DNA of 34,445 nt from positions 1 to 34,445 of the IMG/VR virus record IMGVR_UViG_2617271086_000002; one strand, given 5' to 3'. The notes under the pieces were generated by a model, which ran no database searches, was not told the DNA's origin, and saw only the letters and a program-made list of their open reading frames with translations. Positions 28,216-34,445 of the stretch are shown here, one piece after another (position 1 is the first letter of the stretch; every line of letters starts with the position of its first letter). This DNA comes from a virus. Taxonomy: Duplodnaviria > Heunggongvirae > Uroviricota > Caudoviricetes. Position numbers and translations under genes: made by a program.

Positions 28216-29592
28216 TCATACGTCAGCCCCTTGTGCATATCGTCTGCCACGCGCAGCAGGTGCATTTGATGCTGTGCAAATCTGTCTGGCTTCATCCTGG
28301 TCACATGCAACAAAGTGTCCGTTGCAGAACCGCTGGTAAACCGTACCAAGCGAGCCAAAACGGTTTTTCGTCACAATGATTTCAGCAAATGGCGCGGCGC
28401 TACTGTTCTCGTCATATACCGCTTCCCGATAGAGCATGATGATTGAGTCTGCGTCCTGTTCAATGCTTCCTGAATCACGCAAATCTGCGTTTGTCGGGCG
28501 TTTGTTTGGTCGCTTCTCAACATCGCGCGAAAGCTGACTCAGGGAGATAACGGGCGTTTTCAGGTCTTTCGCCATCGCCTTCAGGCTTCCGGAGATGTGA
28601 GCAATTGCGAGGTCGTTGCGATCTGCTTTCGGCTTCTCAATCAGGCCAAGATAATCCGCCATGATGAGTGACAGGTTTGGATTTTCCTGTTTGTGCCGTT
28701 CTGCGATTGAGCGAATTTCTTCGACCGATAACCGCGAGGCATCGACTACCCATACATCCAAATCTGCAAGCTGACTCATGCCTTTAGCAACACGTGCCCA
28801 GCCCTCGTCATCCATCGATGCAGGATTTCGCAGTACGCTAACCGACATCCTCCCGGCGTTGGCAATGCTTCGCTCTGCGATCTGCAATGCGCTCATTTCC
28901 ATCGAGAAAATCAACACTCCGCGCCGGACGTCAGAACCAGGAATAACGCGGCTTGCAACGCCTTCGGCAATCTTCAGCGCCAGCTCGGTTTTCCCCATAC
29001 CCGGACGAGCAGCGATAATCACCAAGTCTTCCGAGTTCATCCCTCCGGTGATGACATCAAGTTCTTCGATTCCGGTCTTCAGGGTATCTGACTCTTCTCC
29101 GTTCCTCAGACGCCTGTCAAGCGTGTCAGTGTAGTCAGTGATGATTTCCCCTAACCGTACAGGTTTAACCTCGTCACGGGGCTTTCTGATGGCTGAAAGA
29201 CGCTTTACAAGCTCATCCATCGCCTGACTCGATGCGTCGATGGTTCCGCTCTGAATTGGTTCACGCATTTCATCCATGATTTCCAGCACCAGACGGCGGT
29301 GATAGTTATCCGCGACCATTCCGGCATATCCCTTCAGGTTTGCGGCACTCGGGCAGTTTTTGCTGGTCATCAGGATTGACGTGAAATGCTCCTCTCCGCA
29401 CGCCTCGGCAACCATCAGCGCGTCGATTAGGTTTCTGTTTCTCGCCTGCTTGCGGATAACTTCGAAGGCTTTCCGGTAGAGCGGAATTGAAAACGCTTCC
29501 GGCTCCAGCGTTGCCAGAACGTCGCTGGCGGTTGGTGTTAATCCACCAATCAGCAAGCCACCGATAACGCTCGCTTCGATATCCTGTCTCAT
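28216..29592 (-). CDS. Replicative DNA helicase (DnaB family; P22 gene 12-like)
   Basis: 458 aa ORF with Walker A (ARPGMGKTE) and other DnaB-like motifs. ATGA coupled to the O-like gene. Confidence 0.85.
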   Translation of the reverse strand: MRQDIEASVIGGLLIGGLTPTASDVLATLEPEAFSIPLYRKAFEVIRKQARNRNLIDALMVAEACGEEHFTSILMTSKNCPSAANLKGYAGMVADNYHRRLVLEIMDEMREPIQSGTIDASSQAMDELVKRLSAIRKPRDEVKPVRLGEIITDYTDTLDRRLRNGEESDTLKTGIEELDVITGGMNSEDLVIIAARPGMGKTELALKIAEGVASRVIPGSDVRRGVLIFSMEMSALQIAERSIANAGRMSVSVLRNPASMDDEGWARVAKGMSQLADLDVWVVDASRLSVEEIRSIAERHKQENPNLSLIMADYLGLIEKPKADRNDLAIAHISGSLKAMAKDLKTPVISLSQLSRDVEKRPNKRPTNADLRDSGSIEQDADSIIMLYREAVYDENSSAAPFAEIIVTKNRFGSLGTVYQRFCNGHFVACDQDEARQICTASNAPAARGRRYAQGADV

Positions 29593-30410
29593 GCAATCCC
29601 CCTGTCTGCAAACTTCCCTTCCCGTACTCCCGTTAACGAATCTTCCCTCAGCAGGTAATCAAAATCTGCCGTCCAGCCAGTGTCGTTGTCTCCGAAGTAA
29701 AACGGCTTGGCCTGATGCACAAACGCCCTGACATACGCTCTGAAACCGTCCACGTTTGGCGTTTTCAGTTGCGGGATGATTTTCTTCAGGCGGCGTTTTC
29801 GTTTCTCGTTGACCGCAACAGCGTGTGGAAGTCTGTCACCGACTTCGGTGTTGTAGGCGTTCAGGAAGGATTCGTAGTCGATTCGTTCTGCCTTGCGACG
29901 TTCAGGTTTAACCTGCCCATCGCCGCCCCCGTTAGGGGGTAAGGGGGTATTTGTATTTATTGTCTTTTGTATATTGTCTTTTGTGTTTAGCCGACTTGGC
30001 TTATACCCATTAGCCGACTTGGCTAATGTTTTATTAGCTGTTTTAGCTAATGTTAAGCTGTCCTGGCTAATCCACTGCGAAACCACCTTGTTCACTCCGA
30101 TTTTCACGCCATCAGCAATGAGGAATTTACGCTCAATAAGCTGGCGCTTGGCAGCGCAAACATGAGTGTGATGAATACCTGTCATGGCTGCTATCTGCGT
30201 GTTTGTGAGTCGATCCATCGGCTTATTGAATCCGTATGTCTTGCGCATGATAGCGAGCATCACCTTCAACTGCCGGACGGTTAAATCAGCCATCAGCAGA
30301 CTGTCGGTAATCTCGTTAGCAACGCGCATGAAACCATCTTCGGTATCTGCCACGCGATGCTCCACGACCTCCAGTTGAGGCCTGTAATCAGCTAACTTAA
30401 CGACGCCCAT
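29589..30410 (-). CDS. Replication initiator (lambda O / P22 gene 18-like) with internal origin iterons
   Basis: 273 aa ORF with an N-terminal HTH-like region and a low-complexity central linker encoded by the iteron repeats. Confidence 0.75.
   Translation of the reverse strand: MGVVKLADYRPQLEVVEHRVADTEDGFMRVANEITDSLLMADLTVRQLKVMLAIMRKTYGFNKPMDRLTNTQIAAMTGIHHTHVCAAKRQLIERKFLIADGVKIGVNKVVSQWISQDSLTLAKTANKTLAKSANGYKPSRLNTKDNIQKTINTNTPLPPNGGGDGQVKPERRKAERIDYESFLNAYNTEVGDRLPHAVAVNEKRKRRLKKIIPQLKTPNVDGFRAYVRAFVHQAKPFYFGDNDTGWTADFDYLLREDSLTGVREGKFADRGIA
29935..30090. repeat. Candidate replication origin: direct repeats (iterons) and an AT-rich stretch inside the O-like gene
   Basis: TAGCCGACTTGGCT occurs twice (29988-30001 and 30011-30024), followed by TTAGCT-type degenerate repeats, and preceded by ttgtcttttgt twice. 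Confidence 0.6.
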
Positions 30411-30558
30411 GTTTCACTCCTGCTTTGGCTAGTCTGTAAACACCAACAAGGCGCTCTGCGAACGCCCTGTTATTTGCTGCGGCTACCACTAATCCCTCAG
30501 GTGAATCAGGGTGTCGAATCTCTTCTTTTTCCTGGTATTTCTTACGACGTTTTGTCAT
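30397..30558 (-). CDS. Small hypothetical protein between cII-like and O-like genes (53 aa; below the ORF-track cutoff)
   Basis: [53 protein letters not shown], with a strong AGGAG ribosome-binding site 5 nt upstream of the ATG at 30556-30558. Its 3' end overlaps the O start. Confidence 0.4.
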   Translation of the reverse strand: MTKRRKKYQEKEEIRHPDSPEGLVVAAANNRAFAERLVGVYRLAKAGVKHGRR

Positions 30559-30590
30559 AATTACTCCTGTGGATTGATCCAGGAATTCCC

Positions 30591-30887
30591 TCAGAATTGC
30601 ATATCAATTTGCTTAAAATCCTCGGTGGCGGCCGGGGATTTTTTCTTTGTGATTTCATCAAGCGCATACTTAAAAGCCCTGCTAATCGGACTGATGTCTG
30701 ATGCCATTCCGAAAGCACACAAGACCGAAGCAATAAATCTCCAGTCCGTTCTGCTTATCTTCGATTCATGACAGCCAATCATCTTTGCCAGACCGCGCTG
30801 GGTAAGCGTTGACAGGTTGATGAGTAAATCAGTTTCAGCGCGATCAATTTCTCGCTGTGTTGGCTTGCTGTAGCTTGCTTGTGCCAT
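30591..30887 (-). CDS. cII-like transcriptional activator (P22 c1 / lambda cII family)
   Basis: 98 aa ORF downstream of cro. Its C-terminus (..ATEDFKQIDMQF) parallels lambda cII (..ATERSEQIQMEF). Confidence 0.7.
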   Translation of the reverse strand: MAQASYSKPTQREIDRAETDLLINLSTLTQRGLAKMIGCHESKISRTDWRFIASVLCAFGMASDISPISRAFKYALDEITKKKSPAATEDFKQIDMQF

Positions 30888-30954
30888 TTGTTAATTTTCC
30901 TATATTGATATTGAGTTATAGCGGCACACCCAATGGATTTGCCGCTGATGTTTG

Positions 30955-30995
30955 CTCACCCGGTTAGAGGTGAAAGGCCAGAACTGTTAAAGAGC
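30955..30995 (-). promoter_or_regulatory. Candidate nutR (boxA plus boxB-like hairpin) between cro and cII
   Basis: Minus strand GCTCTTTAACAG (boxA-like) followed by a hairpin TTCACC-UCUAACCG-GGUGAG. Confidence 0.45.
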
Positions 30996-31002
30996 AATTT
31001 GC

Positions 31003-31188
31003 TTATGCCGCTTGGCGGTAAGCACTTTCTTGATACTTCAGGGCGCCAGCTGTAACGATTTCCAATCGATAGGCGTCTTTCTCTGGGATAACTTCTTTCC
31101 ACTGAGAGACTGCTGCATCGCTAATGCCTAGTGCTTTAGCAACAGCACGCTGGGTTCCGAAGTGGTCAATAACATCTTTTTTGTACAT
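31003..31188 (-). CDS. cro: Cro repressor (P22-type)
   Basis: 61 aa ORF (MYKKDVIDHFGTQRAVAKALGISDAAVSQWKEVIPEKDAYRLEIVTAGALKYQESAYRQAA) matching P22 Cro from memory. GGAG ribosome-binding site upstream. Confidence 0.85.
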   Translation of the reverse strand: MYKKDVIDHFGTQRAVAKALGISDAAVSQWKEVIPEKDAYRLEIVTAGALKYQESAYRQAA

Positions 31189-31199
31189 AGACTCGCTCC

Positions 31200-31268
31200 G
31201 AAATTAAAGAACACTTAAATTATCCACCAAAGGAATCTTAAGTCAAGTTTATTTAAGATGTCTTAACT
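31200..31268. promoter_or_regulatory. OR operator region with divergent PR/PRM (P22-type 18 bp operators)
   Basis: Near-palindromic 18-mers ATTAAAGAACACTTAAAT (31203-31220) and ATTTAAGATGTCTTAACT (31251-31268), plus a CTTAAG-centred site between them. The second operator abuts the c2 ATG. Confidence 0.65.
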
Positions 31269-31919
31269 ATGAATACACAACTGATGGGTGAGCGTATTCG
31301 CGCTCGCAGAAAAGAACTCAAGATTAGGCAGGCTGCCCTTGGCAAGATGGTTGGCGTGTCTAATGTTGCTATTTCCCAATGGGAGCGATCTGAAACTGAG
31401 CCCAATGGCGAAAACCTATTGGCCTTAGCCAAGGCTTTGCAGTGCTCCCCTGATTACCTGTTGAAAGGAGAGGATAGTCTTTCAAACATTGCCTATCACA
31501 GCAGGCATGATCCAAGAGGTTCGTATCCTCTAATTAGTTGGGTAAGCGCAGGATGTTGGATGGAAGCTGTAGAGCCATATCATAGGCGTGCAATAGATAA
31601 CTGGTACGACACAACGGTAGATTGTTCTGAAGACTCTTTTTGGCTCGACGTTAAAGGCGATTCAATGACTGCCCCGGCAGGACTGAGTATTCCTGAGGGG
31701 ATGATTATTCTCGTCGACCCAGAAGTCGAGCCACGTAATGGAAAGTTGGTAGTCGCCAAACTTGAAGGAGAAAACGAGGCGACATTCAAAAAGTTAGTTA
31801 TTGATGCCGGTAGAAAATTCCTGAAACCACTCAATCCACAATACCCAATGATTGAAATCAATGGGAACTGTAAAATCATTGGCGTTGTCGTTGATGCCAA
31901 GCTAGCAAACCTTCCTTAA
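31269..31919 (+). CDS. c2: C2 repressor (P22 c2 / lambda cI family, LexA-like autocleaving repressor)
   Basis: 216 aa ORF matching P22 C2 from memory, with an N-terminal HTH (QAALGKMVGVSNVAISQWERS) and a C-terminal S24 peptidase-like domain (..GDSM..). Confidence 0.9.
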   Translation: MNTQLMGERIRARRKELKIRQAALGKMVGVSNVAISQWERSETEPNGENLLALAKALQCSPDYLLKGEDSLSNIAYHSRHDPRGSYPLISWVSAGCWMEAVEPYHRRAIDNWYDTTVDCSEDSFWLDVKGDSMTAPAGLSIPEGMIILVDPEVEPRNGKLVVAKLEGENEATFKKLVIDAGRKFLKPLNPQYPMIEINGNCKIIGVVVDAKLANLP

Positions 31920-31940
31920 GGGGCTTTCGCCCCTTTTTTA
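31920..31940 (+). terminator. Rho-independent terminator of the repressor transcript
   Basis: GGGGC-TTTC-GCCCC followed by TTTTTTATTT, immediately after the c2 stop. Confidence 0.7.
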
Positions 31941-31945
31941 TTTCC

Positions 31946-32060
31946 CGTTAAAAATCAAAGACAAACTAAATTCACGCCCATAAAATTAAGTTTTCTTCAA
32001 AAATGAACTTGACCAATAAATTAAGAAGTCTTAAATTTAAGCCATCAGCAGGACGCTGGA
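31946..32060 (+). promoter_or_regulatory. OL/PL region (operator-like sites upstream of the N-like gene)
   Basis: AT-rich region containing the operator-like sequence ATTAAGAAGTCTTAAATT and related half-sites, between the c2 terminator and nutL. Confidence 0.45.
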
Positions 32061-32083
32061 AGCCAAACGGAACAGATTGGCAG

Positions 32084-32123
32084 GCTCTTTAACATCGACG
32101 GACTCTCAACCTAACCGTTGAGA
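32084..32123 (+). promoter_or_regulatory. Candidate nutL (boxA plus boxB-like hairpin)
   Basis: GCTCTTTAACA (boxA-like, 32084-32094) followed by a hairpin TCTCAAC-CTAACC-GTTGAGA (32104-32123). The loop motif CTAACC is shared with the nutR candidate. Confidence 0.5.
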
Positions 32124-32233
32124 CCAGAACTTGAGTGGTTTTGGGGATGGCGCGAATTGCAGCTGCAAGACAGCGATCGAGAAGATAAGCACCTCGACGC
32201 GTCATGCGCCAAAGCCACTTAAAGGAGACCATC

Positions 32234-32506
32234 ATGGTAACCATTGTCTGGAAAGAATCCAAAGGTACGGCAAAAAGCCGCTACAAAGCTCGCAGAGCAG
32301 AACTTATTGCCGAGCGACGCAGTAATGAAGCACTGGCGCGAAAAATTGCGCTAAAGCTCTCTGGTTGCGTCAGGGCAGATAAAGCAGCATCACTCGGAAG
32401 CCTTCGCTGCAAGAAGGTAGATGAATGCAGTGGAAGTATTTGCCTGCCAAACGTAGCCATTTACGCGGCAGGCTACCGGAAATCAAAACAACTGACAGCG
32501 AGGTAA
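32234..32506 (+). CDS. N-like early antiterminator (P22 gp24 family). Start at the ATG at 32234, which has an AAAGGAG ribosome-binding site.
   Basis: 90 aa ORF with an N-terminal Arg-rich motif (GTAKSRYKARRAELIAERR) and a C-terminus LPNVAIYAAGYRKSKQLTAR resembling P22 gp24. Confidence 0.7.
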   Translation: MVTIVWKESKGTAKSRYKARRAELIAERRSNEALARKIALKLSGCVRADKAASLGSLRCKKVDECSGSICLPNVAIYAAGYRKSKQLTAR

Positions 32507-32509
32507 GTG

Positions 32510-32734
32510 ATGAATCAGACATACATTCCATCATGCTTGAGAAATCTGCCAAAGCAGAAAGCAAAGCCCCGCAAGCAAGCCATAAAGGACGCTAAGGCAG
32601 AAGTTATCGATAAGGCCATTAACCTGCTTAGAGAGGAGTTAAGGAGTGAAAAGCTCAACGGAATGCTGATGCCTTATCAGCGCGGATATCTTTCGGCGAT
32701 TAGTAAGCTGGAAGTATTGAAGAGTGAATTATGA
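32510..32734 (+). CDS. Hypothetical Lys-rich small protein (first gene of the accessory cassette)
   Basis: 74 aa ORF with a GAGG ribosome-binding site, starting 4 nt after the N stop. Confidence 0.45.
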   Translation: MNQTYIPSCLRNLPKQKAKPRKQAIKDAKAEVIDKAINLLREELRSEKLNGMLMPYQRGYLSAISKLEVLKSEL

Positions 32735-33423
32735 ACTATCTGGAATTTCCGGATGGTTCATTGTTTTGGCAGCAAACCACTTATTTGAGAGGAATTAATA
32801 TGTCATCAATCCGCTTAACTACGAGAATGAAAGAGGAAATCGCTCGTAACGCTTTAATTAAGCCTGGGGTTTTCACTGAACTTGAAGAAGTAACAAAGTT
32901 AAAGAACCAGCTTGCACTTGACGCCAGAGTTATTGCGTTTGGCGGTAAAAAGAAAACTGAGGAAGTGGATCAGTTATCATCCAAGTTGGTAGCTATAAGT
33001 GAAGAACTTGAAAAGATGGGATGTTCATTTTACTCATACGATGTTAGTTCTACTTCAATTTATCTTACTGTATCTGGCAGAAGGGTTGGATGGCTTTCAT
33101 ATGGGGAAGACGGCAACGGCGAAGATATATTGCTCCCTACTCCGACCAAAGATAAATGCATGTTTGACGCAGAACACGAAATAACAAAAAGGTTTGATGA
33201 AATCTGCGCATTGCAACAAAAACTTGAAGCCAAGAAAAAGGATATCGAATCAAATGTATGGGCTGCTTTGAACTCAGTCACAACAGTTAAGCGACTTATT
33301 GAAGTTTGGCCTGAAAGCAAAGAATTGCTACCAAAAGAAGCAGATAAAGCAAGTACAGCACTTCCTGCTTTACGGGTAGAAGATTTGAATAAGATGATTG
33401 GACTTCCTTCCGAGGCCGCATAG
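32731..33423 (+). CDS. Hypothetical AT-rich accessory protein (230 aa), predicted soluble with helical/coiled-coil character; function unknown
   Basis: Long ORF with ATGA coupling to the upstream gene. An alternative start at 32800 has a GAGAGGA ribosome-binding site. Sequence is visibly more AT-rich than the flanking N and c2 genes. The stop codon lies inside a terminator hairpin. Confidence 0.55.
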   Translation: MNYLEFPDGSLFWQQTTYLRGINMSSIRLTTRMKEEIARNALIKPGVFTELEEVTKLKNQLALDARVIAFGGKKKTEEVDQLSSKLVAISEELEKMGCSFYSYDVSSTSIYLTVSGRRVGWLSYGEDGNGEDILLPTPTKDKCMFDAEHEITKRFDEICALQQKLEAKKKDIESNVWAALNSVTTVKRLIEVWPESKELLPKEADKASTALPALRVEDLNKMIGLPSEAA

Positions 33424-33438
33424 TCGGCCTTTATTTTT
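33413..33438 (+). terminator. Rho-independent terminator overlapping the stop codon of the 230 aa gene
   Basis: AGGCCG-CATAGT-CGGCCT followed by TTATTTTT. Confidence 0.6.
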
Positions 33439-33462
33439 GGCATAAATACACAGAGGTGAATA

Positions 33463-33714
33463 ATGACAGTAGGAAGAATGAAAAGGCCATGGAATGTTGT
33501 TGGCGCTGGATTTAACGATGATGGGGTTTATTTCACGTTTGACGATACAACCATCCATCGAGGTGATGTGAGATTGATGGAGGCAGCTCCTGATTTGCTC
33601 GAAGCTCTGCAAGCGATGCTAAACAAGGCATACAAGCAAAACTGGAATGACCATTATCCTGATGAAGTATCGAAAGCACAGTCAGCGATCAGCAAAGCTC
33701 TTGGAGGTGAGTGA
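33463..33714 (+). CDS. Hypothetical protein (83 aa)
   Basis: ORF in the early-left operon between the 230 aa gene and the cIII-like gene. Confidence 0.4.
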   Translation: MTVGRMKRPWNVVGAGFNDDGVYFTFDDTTIHRGDVRLMEAAPDLLEALQAMLNKAYKQNWNDHYPDEVSKAQSAISKALGGE

Positions 33715-33960
33715 CGCGACATTACGTGATTACTTCGCAGCAAAGGCTAGGCAAGCAATGATTAGCAATCCATCGATTATCGATAATGATTCTGATTGAG
33801 ATGTTAATTATGCAGCAAGCGCTGCATATAAGTTTGCAGACGCAACGCTCAAAGCTCGCGAATAAGCACTGTGTATTCATTCCAACGAGTGAATACACGG
33901 AGCAATGTCGCTCGTAACTAAACAGGAGCCGACTTGTTCTGATTATTGGAAATCTTCTTT

Positions 33961-33986
33961 GCCCTCCAATGTGAGGGCCTTTTTAT
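33961..33986 (+). terminator. Rho-independent terminator upstream of the cIII-like gene
   Basis: GCCCTC-CAATGT-GAGGGC followed by CTTTTTAT. Confidence 0.6.
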
Positions 33987-34050
33987 ATGCATACCAATAA
34001 CGCTTCACTTGAGGCGTTTTCGTTATGCAATCAAATATAAGGAGTTACCC

Positions 34051-34185
34051 ATGATGCACTTTCAGCTCGCGGGTAGCGGCGTCATGTCCGCTTTCTACCC
34101 GCACGAATCTGAATTATCACGCCGAGTTAAACAATTAATCAGAGCAGCAAAGAAACAACTGGAGGCGTTATGCGCAATGAAATAG
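34051..34185 (+). CDS. cIII-like small protein (putative FtsH inhibitor), 44 aa
   Basis: MMHFQLAGSGVMSAFYPHESELSRRVKQLIRAAKKQLEAL parallels lambda CIII (..IAGWPVAGCPSESLLERITRKLRDGWKRLIDIL). AAGGAG ribosome-binding site 6 nt upstream. Confidence 0.5.
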   Translation: MMHFQLAGSGVMSAFYPHESELSRRVKQLIRAAKKQLEALCAMK

Positions 34186-34322
34186 TCATTAATCACCAGA
34201 TGCTTCGTGCTGCACAGAACAAAGCAGTAATAGCCAGATTTATTGGTGATTCCAAAATGTGGCTTGAAGCAAATAAAGCGATGAAATCAGCTATCAACCT
34301 TCCGTGGTATCGCAGGAAATGA
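34170..34322 (+). CDS. Kil-like small protein (putative host division inhibitor), 50 aa
   Basis: MRNEIVINHQMLRAAQNKAVIARFIGDSKMWLEANKAMKSAINLPWYRRK. The IARFIGDSKMW segment resembles the lambda Kil core as recalled. GGAGG ribosome-binding site upstream. Confidence 0.4.
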   Translation: MRNEIVINHQMLRAAQNKAVIARFIGDSKMWLEANKAMKSAINLPWYRRK

Positions 34323-34445
34323 GTTTTACAGATAACTGGTCAGACGAAGAATTCATTCGTCAGATGAAAGAATTAATCGGTAACGAAGGAGATATTCATG
34401 TCACTTGCAACCACAGTGAAGGAGAGCAAGTTACAGAGACGCATG
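34319..34445 (+). CDS. Partial ORF continuing beyond the window (early-left operon gene, unknown)
   Basis: ATG at 34319 overlapping the kil-like stop (ATGA); reads MSFTDNWSDEEFIRQMKELIGNEGDIHVTCNHSEGEQVTETH... with no stop before the window end. Confidence 0.3.
   Translation, partial: MSFTDNWSDEEFIRQMKELIGNEGDIHVTCNHSEGEQVTETH

Noticed and set aside
30542-30733. Minus-strand 63 aa ORF overlapping the cII-like gene in another frame
   Set aside because: Out-of-frame overlap with a recognisable cII-like gene. The real small gene in this gap is the 53 aa ORF at 30397-30558, which has an AGGAG site.
32204-32233. Upstream ATG at 32204 for the N-like gene
   Set aside because: The AAAGGAG site at 32221-32227 is positioned for the ATG at 32234, so the upstream start would place the ribosome-binding site inside the coding region.
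33946-34050. Long N-terminal extension of the cIII-like ORF (track start 33946, MEIFFALQ...)
   Set aside because: The extension runs through a terminator hairpin, and the AAGGAG site sits right before the ATG at 34051.
1-34445. CRISPR array or other tandem-repeat locus
   Set aside because: No regularly spaced direct repeats were seen. The only repeat cluster is the short iteron set inside the O-like gene.

Overview
This window is almost entirely a mosaic lambdoid prophage, with most genes on the minus strand. All calls rest on reading the ORF translations and the raw sequence by eye, with no database search. From right to left the modules are: (1) a PL early-left operon on the plus strand (N-like antiterminator, three uncharacterised AT-rich accessory ORFs, cIII-like and Kil-like peptides); (2) a P22-type immunity region (c2 repressor on plus; cro and a cII-like gene on minus, with operator palindromes and nutL/nutR candidates); (3) a replication module (O-like initiator containing iteron repeats, DnaB-like helicase, tR2-like terminator); (4) a nin region (NinB, NinE, NinF, Rha/KilAC antirepressor, YbcO-like, RusA, NinH) ending in a Q-family antiterminator; (5) two tandem tRNA genes in the late leader; (6) a lambda-type lysis cassette (S, R, Rz with embedded Rz1); (7) a second Rha-family gene flanked by hairpins; (8) HNH endonuclease, TerS, TerL, portal and head genes; (9) a contractile-tail module (sheath, tube, chaperone with a -1 frameshift site, tape measure, baseplate, tail fibre, tail fibre assembly) interrupted by two AT-rich moron genes; (10) the 3' end of an IS66-family element at the left edge. 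No CRISPR array was seen. The most interesting candidates for undescribed functions are the accessory cassette between N and cIII and the morons inside the baseplate operon.
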